A stretch of DNA of 64,000 bases from Streptococcus mitis (GCA_032480835.1 JAWETZ010000004.1:27118-91117); one strand, 5' to 3'. Positions 48,282 to 57,923 are shown, counted from the stretch's first letter. Made by a program: numbers and translations. The notes: generated by a model not told the origin, from the letters alone.

Positions 48282-51070
48282 TTCGCTTCCTTTTCTGTCA
48301 TTTCTTTATACAGGTTCAATAAGACACTGAGCCTTTCTTCATCTGATTCAAAAGGCTTTTGCTGGTAGGCACGTTCTACGATACCATCAATTTTTTCATG
48401 TGCTTGACGAAGACGTTCGTTCATCGGTTTATTGGCTCCACCGTACAATTCAGCCAAGGTTCCACCTTCTTCTTCTCGAACATCTAGCATTTCAAAAACA
48501 GCTTCTTCAAGCATATTTTTCCGACTATCTGAAAGTTCTGGGATTGGGAATGTATTATAAACCAGTCCAGCTGAATAACTATATCGAGTTTCTAATTTCC
48601 CACCGATCGCTTGAAACCATTTTATATGCATTTTAGAAACAAGACATCCAAGTAGCCAAATTGGAGTATCATACACAATATAGCAACGATTTGAAATAAT
48701 TGTATCGTCTCCCACAAATCCCATTGGTATATAATCTCTATCTTCTGAAGTAACAGCAGGAACTAACAGTTGAAACTTCCCTTCTATTTTCCCCTTAGAA
48801 AACATATCATCCCATTCACCACGTTGAACAAATTTCCATGGTGTGGATGCAGTTTCTCTTGTTCCAGCAGCCTTAGAATTCAGGCGTTCTTGCCTTACAT
48901 TTTCAAATAATTGATGGAATTCCTGGATCTTATCTAATTTAGTATATTCATCTTGATCAATCCAAATAGTATATCTAAAATTTCCATTGATATACTCATC
49001 TGCTCCAATATACTTTTTAAAATACACTTCAGTTTCAGGATATCTTTGAACTAATTGATTTTTATCATCATTTGTCAGTATTAGATATTTACTTCTTGGC
49101 ATATTCCCAAAGACTATTTTTGGAAAATTATTTAACTTCTCTGAATCATTGTGATTAGATACAATAATATCATCTGCAAAAGCTAGATAGGGATTTATAT
49201 TCTTTCCATAACTCTCTCCCTTATCACTATATATAATTCTTTTCTTATCATTTTTATTTGAAAATCCAATGATAGTAACTGTAACCCCTGCATTATGGGC
49301 CGCGCTATTATTCCATTTAAACGATTGATATGCAAAGGAAATTTGGCCATATTGTAGAAGAACACTCCACAAAATTGAAACTTGCTCACCTTGATTTATT
49401 GAATTTGTTGTTACAAAAGCATATTGAGCATTTTTACCATAAATAAGGTGAGTTGCCTTATAAAACCATCCCGAAATATAATCTAATTTTTTAGAAGAAA
49501 TTTCTGAACAAATCACATTTTCTAGTTCCTTCTTTTGTTCCAAGGTCATTTTTTTAGAGCCTATATACGGCGGATTCCCAAATATATAAACTTCATCATC
49601 TGCCTTAGCATTCAAAACAGTTGTCCAGTCAATTCTTAGGGCATTCCCACAAACGATATTCCCAGCTTCTCTTAAGGGGAGTAGCCTTGGATGGACATCA
49701 GCAAGTGCTTCTTCCATCTCCACATTCATCTGGTGTTCCGCTATATACAAGGATAACCTTGCTACTTCATGAGCGAAATCATCCAATTCAATTCCTGAAA
49801 ATTGGGATAGAGAAATCTTAGATGCATCAGCAATCAATTCTCCTTGATAAACAGCTTTTTCATTTAAGGATTCACGAATTTCACGCTGTTTGATTAAGAT
49901 ATTAATTTCTAAACGACGAAGTTCTTTATAAGTAATGATGAGGAAATTTCCAGAACCACAAGCAGGGTCTAAAAACTTGATAGAGGCCATACGAGTGAGC
50001 AACTCTTCTAACTTAGGTAAGATTTGTCGCAATTCCTTGCGACGATGTTCCTCGCTAAAGTCACCACCTCCTATATAGTAGTCAGCTCGTTCTTCTAATT
50101 CCGTAAATGCTGCTCGTAAATTATCTAAAAACAGTGGTTTGATGACCTTCATAATATTGGGCACGCTAGTATAGTGCATACCCGATGTTGATCTTGCTTC
50201 TGCATTTGCCACGGTTTGAATCATGGAGCCCAAAATATCTGGATTGATTTCATTCCAGTTTAGCAATTCCCCTGCTTCAATGAGTAATTGACGAGTTCTT
50301 TTATTGAAAATAAGGTCATGATGTGGCTCTGAAAAAAGCTTACCATTTACATAGGGAAAATCTGATAACCACGACTCCAAATCCTGACGACTAAATTCAG
50401 GCATATCTAAAACAGTAAATAGTTTTCTAACACACTCATTCAAGTCAGAACCATCTTCAGATGTCCTCATCTTAATAACATTTGTGAAAGCTCCCTTGGA
50501 GATGATATTTGTATCTTCTGCAAATAGTAGAAAAAGAACACGAATCAAAAATAGATTAAATGATTTACCGTCAGTTTCAGTAATGGCAAGTTCAGGATTG
50601 ATAGAAATTAGTTCATCATAAAGTTTGGTGAAACGCTCTGCCGCTTTTACATCAGCAGGGTTTTCCTTATCATAATCAATCTTTTCAATACCATTCCAAG
50701 GTAAGAAGAAATCACAATGGGCTGGTAAATCATTAAAAGAAATTGCTAGAGTCAGTCCTGTCTGTGTATCCTTTGCATATAATTCTTGAAAATCTGTTGT
50801 AATAATAAATCGAGATTTACGAACCTGACCATCCAACTCTTTATCAATCTCAGTCAGAGCAAGTAATGGCTGATTTTCAACTTTACGAAAATACAATCTG
50901 TTTTTTATTATAAAATCATCAGATGCCACTTTACTTGCTCTTGTTATGGTCGTTTTAGTAATGTCAAACAATGAAACAAAATCAATAATGAATGTCGATT
51001 TATTAAGATTCTCTACTAAAACCTTGGTTCTATCCTCAATCTCAGTGATATTTAATAACTTTTTAGCCAT
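48278..51070 (-). CDS. MmeI-like N6-adenine DNA methyltransferase with fused specificity domain (YeeA/DnmA-like)
   Basis: FPYVNGKLF, INPDILGSM, HYTSVPNI, FLDPACGSGNF (motif I), GNPPY (motif IV), TNSINQGEQV, YNTFP, TLAELY. Confidence 0.88.
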   Translation of the reverse strand: MAKKLLNITEIEDRTKVLVENLNKSTFIIDFVSLFDITKTTITRASKVASDDFIIKNRLYFRKVENQPLLALTEIDKELDGQVRKSRFIITTDFQELYAKDTQTGLTLAISFNDLPAHCDFFLPWNGIEKIDYDKENPADVKAAERFTKLYDELISINPELAITETDGKSFNLFLIRVLFLLFAEDTNIISKGAFTNVIKMRTSEDGSDLNECVRKLFTVLDMPEFSRQDLESWLSDFPYVNGKLFSEPHHDLIFNKRTRQLLIEAGELLNWNEINPDILGSMIQTVANAEARSTSGMHYTSVPNIMKVIKPLFLDNLRAAFTELEERADYYIGGGDFSEEHRRKELRQILPKLEELLTRMASIKFLDPACGSGNFLIITYKELRRLEINILIKQREIRESLNEKAVYQGELIADASKISLSQFSGIELDDFAHEVARLSLYIAEHQMNVEMEEALADVHPRLLPLREAGNIVCGNALRIDWTTVLNAKADDEVYIFGNPPYIGSKKMTLEQKKELENVICSEISSKKLDYISGWFYKATHLIYGKNAQYAFVTTNSINQGEQVSILWSVLLQYGQISFAYQSFKWNNSAAHNAGVTVTIIGFSNKNDKKRIIYSDKGESYGKNINPYLAFADDIIVSNHNDSEKLNNFPKIVFGNMPRSKYLILTNDDKNQLVQRYPETEVYFKKYIGADEYINGNFRYTIWIDQDEYTKLDKIQEFHQLFENVRQERLNSKAAGTRETASTPWKFVQRGEWDDMFSKGKIEGKFQLLVPAVTSEDRDYIPMGFVGDDTIISNRCYIVYDTPIWLLGCLVSKMHIKWFQAIGGKLETRYSYSAGLVYNTFPIPELSDSRKNMLEEAVFEMLDVREEEGGTLAELYGGANKPMNERLRQAHEKIDGIVERAYQQKPFESDEERLSVLLNLYKEMTEKEAK

Positions 51071-51087
51071 TAGATACCTCCAAGAAA

Positions 51088-51119
51088 CGCAAAAAGCCTA
51101 CTGGATTTTCAGTAGGTTT
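51088..51119 (-). terminator. Terminator-like hairpin in the methyltransferase leader
   Basis: CCTACTG-AAAATC-CAGTAGG followed by CTTTTT, ending about 15 nt before the GGAGG RBS. Confidence 0.6.
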
Positions 51120-51150
51120 CAATCTATATTTTTTGCATTTTTTTATTAGG

Positions 51151-51192
51151 TTATATATATATATATATATGCATTTGCGTAGTCTGACTCAT
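51151..51192 (-). CDS. Putative leader uORF MSQTTQMHIYIYI spanning the TA tract
   Basis: AAAGGAG RBS 6 nt before ATG at 51192; TAA at 51153-51151. Confidence 0.55.
   Translation of the reverse strand: MSQTTQMHIYIYI
51152..51170. repeat. (TA)9T dinucleotide microsatellite
   Basis: TATATATATATATATATAT read directly. Confidence 0.95.
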
Positions 51193-51261
51193 TTTGAACT
51201 CCTTTGGAATTAAATTTTCAGAGATGCTGTAAACAATACTAATAACTCTCACCCTAAAACT

Positions 51262-51270
51262 ATTATACCA
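51262..51270 (-). promoter_or_regulatory. Extended -10 promoter for the island operon
   Basis: TGGTATAAT on minus strand, just downstream of the potD terminator. Confidence 0.65.
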
Positions 51271-51288
51271 TGATTTCTATTTTTTCTA

Positions 51289-51317
51289 AAAAACGAACCA
51301 GCTGACTGATTCGTTTT
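51289..51317 (-). terminator. Terminator of potABCD
   Basis: AAAACGAA..TTCGTTTT inverted repeat after the potD stop. Confidence 0.65.
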
Positions 51318-51331
51318 CATCCGTTTAGCTC

Positions 51332-52402
51332 CTACTTCCGATACATTTTAAATTGTAGGAAGAGGTCGCTGTATTTGCCTGTCCATTTATGGTTAAATTT
51401 CTCGTAAACTTCTAGGTGTTTCATGGTTTCAGCATCTGGATAGAAGGCCTTGTCTTCTTTTTTCTCCTCTGGGAGCAGTTCCTTAGCTGGTAGGTTTGGA
51501 GTTGAATAGCCGACATACTCTGCATTTTTGAGAGCATTTTCAGGTTTCAACATAAAATTGATAAAGGCATAGGCGGCATCTTGGTTTTTCACGGTTTTTG
51601 GAATGACCATATTGTCAAACCAAAGGTTGCTGGCCTCAGTCGGTACCACATAGCGTAGGTTTTCATTTTTTTCTAGCATTTGGCTGGCTTCACCAGAGAA
51701 GGTCACTCCGATAGCAGCGTTATTCTGAATCATGTAACCCTTCATCTCGTCGGCAACGATGGCCTTGATATTTGGAGTCAATTTATAGAGCTTATCCACT
51801 GTTTCTTCCAACTGCTGGGTATCCTTGGAGTTGAGGCTGTAGCCGAGGGAGTTGAGACCCAGTCCCAATACCTCACGCGCCCCATCAAAGAGCATGATAG
51901 AGTTCTTATACTCTGGTTTCCAGAGGTCGTCCCAATGCTCAGGAGCCTCATCTACCATGGTTTCATTGTAGACAATTCCTAAGGTTCCCCAGAAGTAAGG
52001 GATAGAGAATTTATTGCCTGGGTCAAAGGACTGGTTGAGAAACTCTGGTCCGATATTTTCAAGACCTTCAAGTTTTGAATAATCAAGCGGTACCAAGAGG
52101 TCTTCGTCCTTCATCTTGTTAATCATGTATTCACTAGGAATGGCAATATCGTAGGTCGTTCCACCCTGCTTGATCTTGGTATACATGGCTTCATTGGAGT
52201 CAAAAGTCTCGTACTGGACTTGGATTCCTGTTTCTTCTGTGAACTGAGTCAAGAGTTCAGGATCTATATAGTCCCCCCAGTTGTAGATAACCAGTTTTTG
52301 ACTATCTCGGCTATTGATTTTACTATCTAAATGCGTCGCAATTCCCCACAAGACGAGGATAATGGCTACAATTCCTGCTAAAAATGAATAGAGTTTTTTC
52401 AT
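51332..52402 (-). CDS. potD: Spermidine/putrescine ABC transporter substrate-binding protein
   Basis: YNWGDYID, FDSNE, PSEY, PYFWG, WFDNMVIPK. Confidence 0.95.
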   Translation of the reverse strand: MKKLYSFLAGIVAIILVLWGIATHLDSKINSRDSQKLVIYNWGDYIDPELLTQFTEETGIQVQYETFDSNEAMYTKIKQGGTTYDIAIPSEYMINKMKDEDLLVPLDYSKLEGLENIGPEFLNQSFDPGNKFSIPYFWGTLGIVYNETMVDEAPEHWDDLWKPEYKNSIMLFDGAREVLGLGLNSLGYSLNSKDTQQLEETVDKLYKLTPNIKAIVADEMKGYMIQNNAAIGVTFSGEASQMLEKNENLRYVVPTEASNLWFDNMVIPKTVKNQDAAYAFINFMLKPENALKNAEYVGYSTPNLPAKELLPEEKKEDKAFYPDAETMKHLEVYEKFNHKWTGKYSDLFLQFKMYRK

Positions 52403-53172
52403 GCTTGCTCCTCCTTCTCACGTGAGATAAAGTAATATCCAACAACTAGGATAATACTAAAGAGAAAGACGAGGGCAGACAGGGCATTGATTTCTAAGGA
52501 AATCCCCTTGCGAGCACGAGAGTAAATCTCGACTGATAGGGTTGAAAAGCCATTTCCCGTTACAAAGAAGGTCACAGCAAAGTCATCTAGCGAATAAGTG
52601 AAGGCCATGAAATAACCTGCAATGATAGACGGAGTCAGGTAAGGAAGCATAATTTCCTTGAACATCTGAAATTGACTAGCTCCCAAGTCATAGGCCGCAT
52701 GAATCATGTCACCGTTCATTTCCTTGAGTCGAGGCAAGACCATCAAGACCACGATAGGAATGGAGAAGGCCACGTGACTAGATAGAACGGTCAAAAAGCC
52801 AAGTGAAAACTTGAGTTGGGTAAAGAGAATCAAGAAGCTGGCACCAATCATAACATCAGGCGCAACCATGAGGATATTATTGAGTGAAAGAAAGGCTTCT
52901 TGGTATCTCTTGCGAGACTGGTAAATGTAAATAGCTCCAAAAGTCCCGATAATGGTCGCTATCAAGGCTGACAGAAAGGCCAAGAAAAAGGTCTGAGTCA
53001 CAATCAACATAAGGCGACCATCGCCAAACATAGTTTTAAAATGGCTCAGGCTGAAGCCTGTAAAGCTATTCATGTCGTTTCCTGCATTAAAGGCGTAACC
53101 AATCAAGTAAAAAATCGGCAGGTAGAGGACAAGAAAGACCAGTCCCAGATAAAGATTGGCAAATTTTTTCAT
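52399..53172 (-). CDS. potC: Spermidine/putrescine ABC permease
   Basis: LYLPI, AAYDLGA, SLDDF. Confidence 0.94.
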   Translation of the reverse strand: MKKFANLYLGLVFLVLYLPIFYLIGYAFNAGNDMNSFTGFSLSHFKTMFGDGRLMLIVTQTFFLAFLSALIATIIGTFGAIYIYQSRKRYQEAFLSLNNILMVAPDVMIGASFLILFTQLKFSLGFLTVLSSHVAFSIPIVVLMVLPRLKEMNGDMIHAAYDLGASQFQMFKEIMLPYLTPSIIAGYFMAFTYSLDDFAVTFFVTGNGFSTLSVEIYSRARKGISLEINALSALVFLFSIILVVGYYFISREKEEQA

Positions 53173-53975
53173 CGTTCTCTCCTTTCCTTGGTCACCCACA
53201 TGGTGATGAACATGGTCAAGATGAGAATTACACCGATGGTTGAACCCATACCGTAGTTGTCATTGGTTAGGAAGTTCTGCTCAATAGCCGTTCCCAGAGT
53301 AATAACACGGTTCCCACCAATCAAACGGGTCAGCATGAAGAGACTCAAGCTTGGAATAAAGACCGACTGAACCCCACTTCTCACTCCGTTCATAGACAGA
53401 GGGAAGATGACATGACGGAAGGTCTCCCACTTGGTCGCACCGAGGTCATAGCTGGCATTGATGAGGTTGTTATCCATATCGTCCAAGACATTGAAAATCG
53501 GCAAAATCATAAAGGGAAGCTCGATGTAGCTTGCGACAAAAATAAAGGAGAAATCGGTAAAGAGCAACTGTTGCGAACCGATTCCGATAAATTCCAAGAA
53601 TTGGTTAATTGAGCCATTTTGACCAAAAATCCCGATAAAAGCATAGGCTTTAAGGAGCAAATTGATCCAGGTAGGCAGGATAATCAGCATGAGCCAGAGT
53701 TGACGGTGCTTGAGACGGGTCAAAAAGAGGGCTGTTGGATAACTGATAAGCAGGGTCACAAAAGTCACAATTCCTGCATAGAGCACAGAGTTGAAACTCA
53801 TTTTTAGGTAGGTCAAGTTTTGTGACGCAAAGTAAGATTTATAATTTTCTAAACTAAACTGGCCTTCAATGTTGAAAAAGGATTGTCCGAAAATCAAGAC
53901 CAAGGGTGCCAACACAAAGAGGGCGATCCAGAGCATGTAGGGCACTACAAAGAGTTTAGAGCTTGTTTTCTTCAT
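53169..53975 (-). CDS. potB: Spermidine/putrescine ABC permease
   Basis: [28 protein letters not shown]. Confidence 0.94.
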   Translation of the reverse strand: MKKTSSKLFVVPYMLWIALFVLAPLVLIFGQSFFNIEGQFSLENYKSYFASQNLTYLKMSFNSVLYAGIVTFVTLLISYPTALFLTRLKHRQLWLMLIILPTWINLLLKAYAFIGIFGQNGSINQFLEFIGIGSQQLLFTDFSFIFVASYIELPFMILPIFNVLDDMDNNLINASYDLGATKWETFRHVIFPLSMNGVRSGVQSVFIPSLSLFMLTRLIGGNRVITLGTAIEQNFLTNDNYGMGSTIGVILILTMFITMWVTKERRER

Positions 53976-55113
53976 CTCTCTCCTCCTCGATTGCATTGAT
54001 CAGACCTGCTTCTTGCTCTTCGATTTCCACGTACTCCTCGATACGAGCATCAAACTCCTCCTCAGTTTCGTTGAGACGCATGATGTGGATGTCTTCTGGT
54101 TCAAAGTCCAGACCGATTTCCTCACCAACGATGGCCTTACGGGTTGAGTGGATCATCCATTCATTTCCAAGTTCGTCATAGGCGATAATTTCATAGTGAA
54201 CCCCACGGAAGAGCTGGGTATCAACCTTAACTTGGAGCTTGCCTTCTTCAGGAAGGGTAATCCGCAAGTCCTCTGGACGAATAACAACCTCGACAGGCTC
54301 ATTTGGCTTCATCCCACCATCGACCGCTTCGAAGCGTTTGCCGTTAAACTCAACCAAGTAGTCCTCAATCATGGTTCCTGGCAAGATATTTGACTCACCG
54401 ATAAAGGTCGCAACAAAGTGGTTGATTGGCTCATCGTAGATATCTACTGGTGTTCCAGACTGGACAATCTCACCATCATTCATAACGAAAATCCAGTCAC
54501 TCATGGCCAGTGCTTCTTCCTGATCGTGAGTGACAAAGACAAAGGTGATTCCCAATCGTTGTTGCAGTTCACGCAGTTCGTACTGCATATCTGTTCTTAA
54601 TTTCAAGTCCAGCGCTGACAAAGGCTCGTCCAACAAAACCACACGGGGTTGATTGATGATGGCACGGGCAATAGCCACACGCTGACGTTGTCCTCCAGAG
54701 AGTTTACGGATGGAACGTTTTTCGTACCCTTCCAACTGAACCATCTTGAGAACTTCCTCTACGCGTTGCTCAATTTCTTTCTTGTCAATTTTACGCAAGC
54801 GAAGTGGAAAAGCAACATTTTCAAACACATTCATATGTGGGAACAAGGCATAGGATTGAAAGACGGTATGGACGTCTCGCTTGTTGGTTGGGATATCATT
54901 AATTCGGACACCGTCTAGCATGATATCTCCTGTCGTCGCATCCAGTAAACCTGCAATGATGTTTAGGATGGTTGATTTCCCTGAACCAGATGCGCCTAGA
55001 AGGGTGTAGAATTTCCCTTCTTCCAACTCAAAGTTGATGTCTTTGAGAACCTTGGTGTTGCTGTCTTCAAAAACTTTAGAGACGTTTTTGAATTCAATAA
55101 TTGGTTTTTTCAA
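53956..55113 (-). CDS. potA: Spermidine/putrescine ABC ATPase (TTG start)
   Basis: [28 protein letters not shown]-terminal TOBE-like region. Confidence 0.95.
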   Translation of the reverse strand: MKKPIIEFKNVSKVFEDSNTKVLKDINFELEEGKFYTLLGASGSGKSTILNIIAGLLDATTGDIMLDGVRINDIPTNKRDVHTVFQSYALFPHMNVFENVAFPLRLRKIDKKEIEQRVEEVLKMVQLEGYEKRSIRKLSGGQRQRVAIARAIINQPRVVLLDEPLSALDLKLRTDMQYELRELQQRLGITFVFVTHDQEEALAMSDWIFVMNDGEIVQSGTPVDIYDEPINHFVATFIGESNILPGTMIEDYLVEFNGKRFEAVDGGMKPNEPVEVVIRPEDLRITLPEEGKLQVKVDTQLFRGVHYEIIAYDELGNEWMIHSTRKAIVGEEIGLDFEPEDIHIMRLNETEEEFDARIEEYVEIEEQEAGLINAIEEERDEENKL

Positions 55114-55272
55114 TTGTCATTTATTCCTTCTTTTTCATAGATTAACAGATCAGGGCTCTGTCAGGCCGCAACTACCTCGTGTAGGAGATTGAACTGCCTA
55201 CATTCTTCTGCACTAACGATAGGCTTTCACCCCCTTTCCATGATATAGCAGCAGCTTTTCAACTAAAGTGCC

Positions 55273-56178
55273 CTACTTGCTTTCACCCAAGATCCGGACT
55301 TCTCTTTCAAGCGTGATACCTGAGTGTTCCTTGACTTTTTCAATCACAGACTCAATCAAGTCTTCGTAGTCTTTTGCCGTTCCATCTGCGACATTGATCA
55401 TAAATCCTGCGTGCTTTTCAGACACTTCAACACCACCGATACGATAGCCTTTCAAGCCAGCTTCTGAAATTAATTGACCTGCAAAATGGCCTACTGGACG
55501 CTTAAAGACCGAACCACAAGATGGGTATTCCAAAGGTTGTTTGAGTTCACGTAGGTGCGTCAAGCGGTCCATTTCCTGCTTGATAACCTGATGGCTTCCT
55601 GGAGCAAGGGCAAATTTAGCTGACAAGACAACTGCACCAGACTCCTGAATGGCTGAGTGGCGATAACCAAAAGCCAAGTCCTTGGCAGACAAGGTTTCGA
55701 TTTCTCCATCCTTGGTCAAGACCTTACAAGACTGCAAGATGTGGGCAATCTCACCACCATAGGCACCTGCATTCATAAAGACAGCACCACCGACACTTCC
55801 AGGAATACCACAAGCAAACTCAAAGCCAGTCAAACTATGACGAAGGGCAATGCGAGTTGTCTCAATTAAGTTAGCACCAGCTTCAGCTTCGATGGTATAG
55901 CCATCAACTGAAACATTATTGAGCTTGTCACACAAGATGACAAATCCACGAATCCCACCGTCACGAACGATAATGTTGCTGGCATTTCCAAGAACCATCC
56001 AAGGAATATTTTCTTGATTGGCAAATTTAACAACGCGAGCCAACTCAAAACGATTTCGTGGAAAGACCAAATAATCGGCCTCTCCACCTACTTTTGTATA
56101 ACTATAGCTATGCAAGGGTTCCTTGAAACGGATATCAATCCCTTCTAAGATTTCAAGCATGTTTTCTTTTACTGACAT
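55273..56178 (-). CDS. murB: UDP-N-acetylenolpyruvoylglucosamine reductase
   Basis: [39 protein letters not shown]. Confidence 0.97.
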   Translation of the reverse strand: MSVKENMLEILEGIDIRFKEPLHSYSYTKVGGEADYLVFPRNRFELARVVKFANQENIPWMVLGNASNIIVRDGGIRGFVILCDKLNNVSVDGYTIEAEAGANLIETTRIALRHSLTGFEFACGIPGSVGGAVFMNAGAYGGEIAHILQSCKVLTKDGEIETLSAKDLAFGYRHSAIQESGAVVLSAKFALAPGSHQVIKQEMDRLTHLRELKQPLEYPSCGSVFKRPVGHFAGQLISEAGLKGYRIGGVEVSEKHAGFMINVADGTAKDYEDLIESVIEKVKEHSGITLEREVRILGESK

Positions 56179-56288
56179 GACACTCTCCCTTTTACAAAAT
56201 TCATTCCATTATACCATTTTTAAGACCATTTGACGACCCTAAAAAAATCTTGGGCTTCTTTTAAACAAAAAAGAGGTTTCCCCTCTTT

Positions 56289-57041
56289 TTATGATTTTTT
56301 GCAAAAGATAGCCTTTGTTCCATAGGCAACCAGAACAAGTTCAAGTGCTAGGACAACTTCAACCAAGACTGGATTGGTCAACCAGCCAACTTGAGCAAGA
56401 GATGGTGCCAGGTCAAAGAAGGCATGTAGTCCATAGGCCGCTAGGAGATAAATCCATTTCTTCTGGCGAACAGCTTGGTAAACCCAAACAGTCAATAGTA
56501 ATTGGAAACCTAGCGCCAAGATTCTCTCAAAACCAAGCAAATAAATCTGCCAGTCTGATAGCGACTGAATAGTTTTCAACATATTTTCAGACAGCAATTG
56601 CATAACCTGTGGATTTTGCGTTTGAACTGCTGAGAGAACGAAGTAGAGATTAAGCAAACTAGTAAGACCTAGGAAAATCAACTCCAAGCCACCATGCCCC
56701 AATCCATAAGCCAAGGCGTCTGCCTTTTCCAAACTTCTCTTTTTCTCCATCCATTTGAAGAAAATAAGGCGAGCTGTTTCCTCAAAAAATGCTGCCATGG
56801 CTAGGCCATAGATGATATAGACAAGCGGATGATCTTGCAAGAGGGCAATACTACCGTCTTTTTGAGGATGCAAAACCAAGATATGTACCAGTTTTTCCAA
56901 AAGCTGTGAAGAGACAAAGAAGGCGACAGCCCCCAAACCCAAGACAGCTAGATTAATCTGGTATTTCTTTTTTGCATACCAAATGCTTCCTATCAAGAAA
57001 GCCAGCAACAGCACCATGGTAATGATAATATGAATGGTCAT
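56289..57041 (-). CDS. YhfC-family intramembrane glutamic/metallo-protease
   Basis: FEETAR, GLGHGGLE, ERI, LHAFFD. Confidence 0.85.
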   Translation of the reverse strand: MTIHIIITMVLLLAFLIGSIWYAKKKYQINLAVLGLGAVAFFVSSQLLEKLVHILVLHPQKDGSIALLQDHPLVYIIYGLAMAAFFEETARLIFFKWMEKKRSLEKADALAYGLGHGGLELIFLGLTSLLNLYFVLSAVQTQNPQVMQLLSENMLKTIQSLSDWQIYLLGFERILALGFQLLLTVWVYQAVRQKKWIYLLAAYGLHAFFDLAPSLAQVGWLTNPVLVEVVLALELVLVAYGTKAIFCKKS

Positions 57042-57050
57042 TTTCTTCTC

Positions 57051-57782
57051 CTATTCTGCCTTTTCAATATCTTTTCTCATCTCGTCAACATTGAACTTAG
57101 CAAACAAGTATTGACGGTCTTGGACGGGAAAACGTTGGTCCAATTGGTCAACAGCTCCCACCTCGATAATGCCTTCCTTGATGACAAAGTCCATGACATG
57201 ACCACCGAAGGTCAAATCATCTGAAATGAAGTGCAGATGATAGCCTGCCACACTGACCCCATGGAAAATCTCTGGCGTCCAGAAACCAACGATGGTTCCC
57301 AACACATTGTCACGACTATATTCCGGTTGATGGGTTGCGACATCAGCAAACTTGGTATCTGGTGTTGACTTAGGAATCATGCGCACATGCATATGCGAAA
57401 ATTCCCCCCGAATCTTGATAGAGCGGAAAAGATTTTCCCCGTCATAATAAGACTCGATTCGCTCTTCCAATTCCTTGTCTGTCATCTCAAAGCGCTGGCG
57501 GAAAATGACCTCTGCCTGGTGCGGTACTACTGCTGCATAAGGAATAAGGGCGTCTGGCGACACTTCCACAATCTCTGGCTGGTCTCCAGACCCTTTGGCC
57601 TGATAAGCCTTGCCATCCAAGACAATCAATTCCCCATCAATGGAATCCAAGGTTCCCAAACCAAGGTCACCATGCTCTAGTAATTCTCCTACTGTCATGG
57701 TACCACCATAAAGGCCTGCCATCAAGGCTCCGAGGGTATTGTATTGAAATAATTTCACTGGTTCCTGCACGTTCTTAACCAT
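57051..57782 (-). CDS. alsD: Alpha-acetolactate decarboxylase
   Basis: HGDLGLGT, DGE, GYHLHF, GGHV. Confidence 0.95.
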   Translation of the reverse strand: MVKNVQEPVKLFQYNTLGALMAGLYGGTMTVGELLEHGDLGLGTLDSIDGELIVLDGKAYQAKGSGDQPEIVEVSPDALIPYAAVVPHQAEVIFRQRFEMTDKELEERIESYYDGENLFRSIKIRGEFSHMHVRMIPKSTPDTKFADVATHQPEYSRDNVLGTIVGFWTPEIFHGVSVAGYHLHFISDDLTFGGHVMDFVIKEGIIEVGAVDQLDQRFPVQDRQYLFAKFNVDEMRKDIEKAE

Positions 57783-57923
57783 TCTCTTTCTTGTATGTTA
57801 TTCTATAAATCTTACTCCTAAGTATACCACATTTGCCCCTAGATGTGAACGAGAGAAACACTCTAGACATTGCCAAGAAGGAAAAAAAAGGGTACAATGT
57901 AACAAAATCAAGGGAGGTCTGGA

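Larger units (their letters stand above)
44710..51290. other. AT-rich accessory island (methyltransferase-helicase-nuclease locus)
   Basis: Four co-oriented non-core genes between the alaS leader and the potD terminator; lower GC by eye; no integrase or transposase; boundaries approximate. Confidence 0.75.

Noticed and set aside
44699..51277. Imperfect inverted similarity (GAAATCAT..TAATAGT) at the two island ends as possible terminal inverted repeats
   Set aside because: Short, AT-rich and gapped; the right copy is explained by the promoter; no transposase or target duplication.
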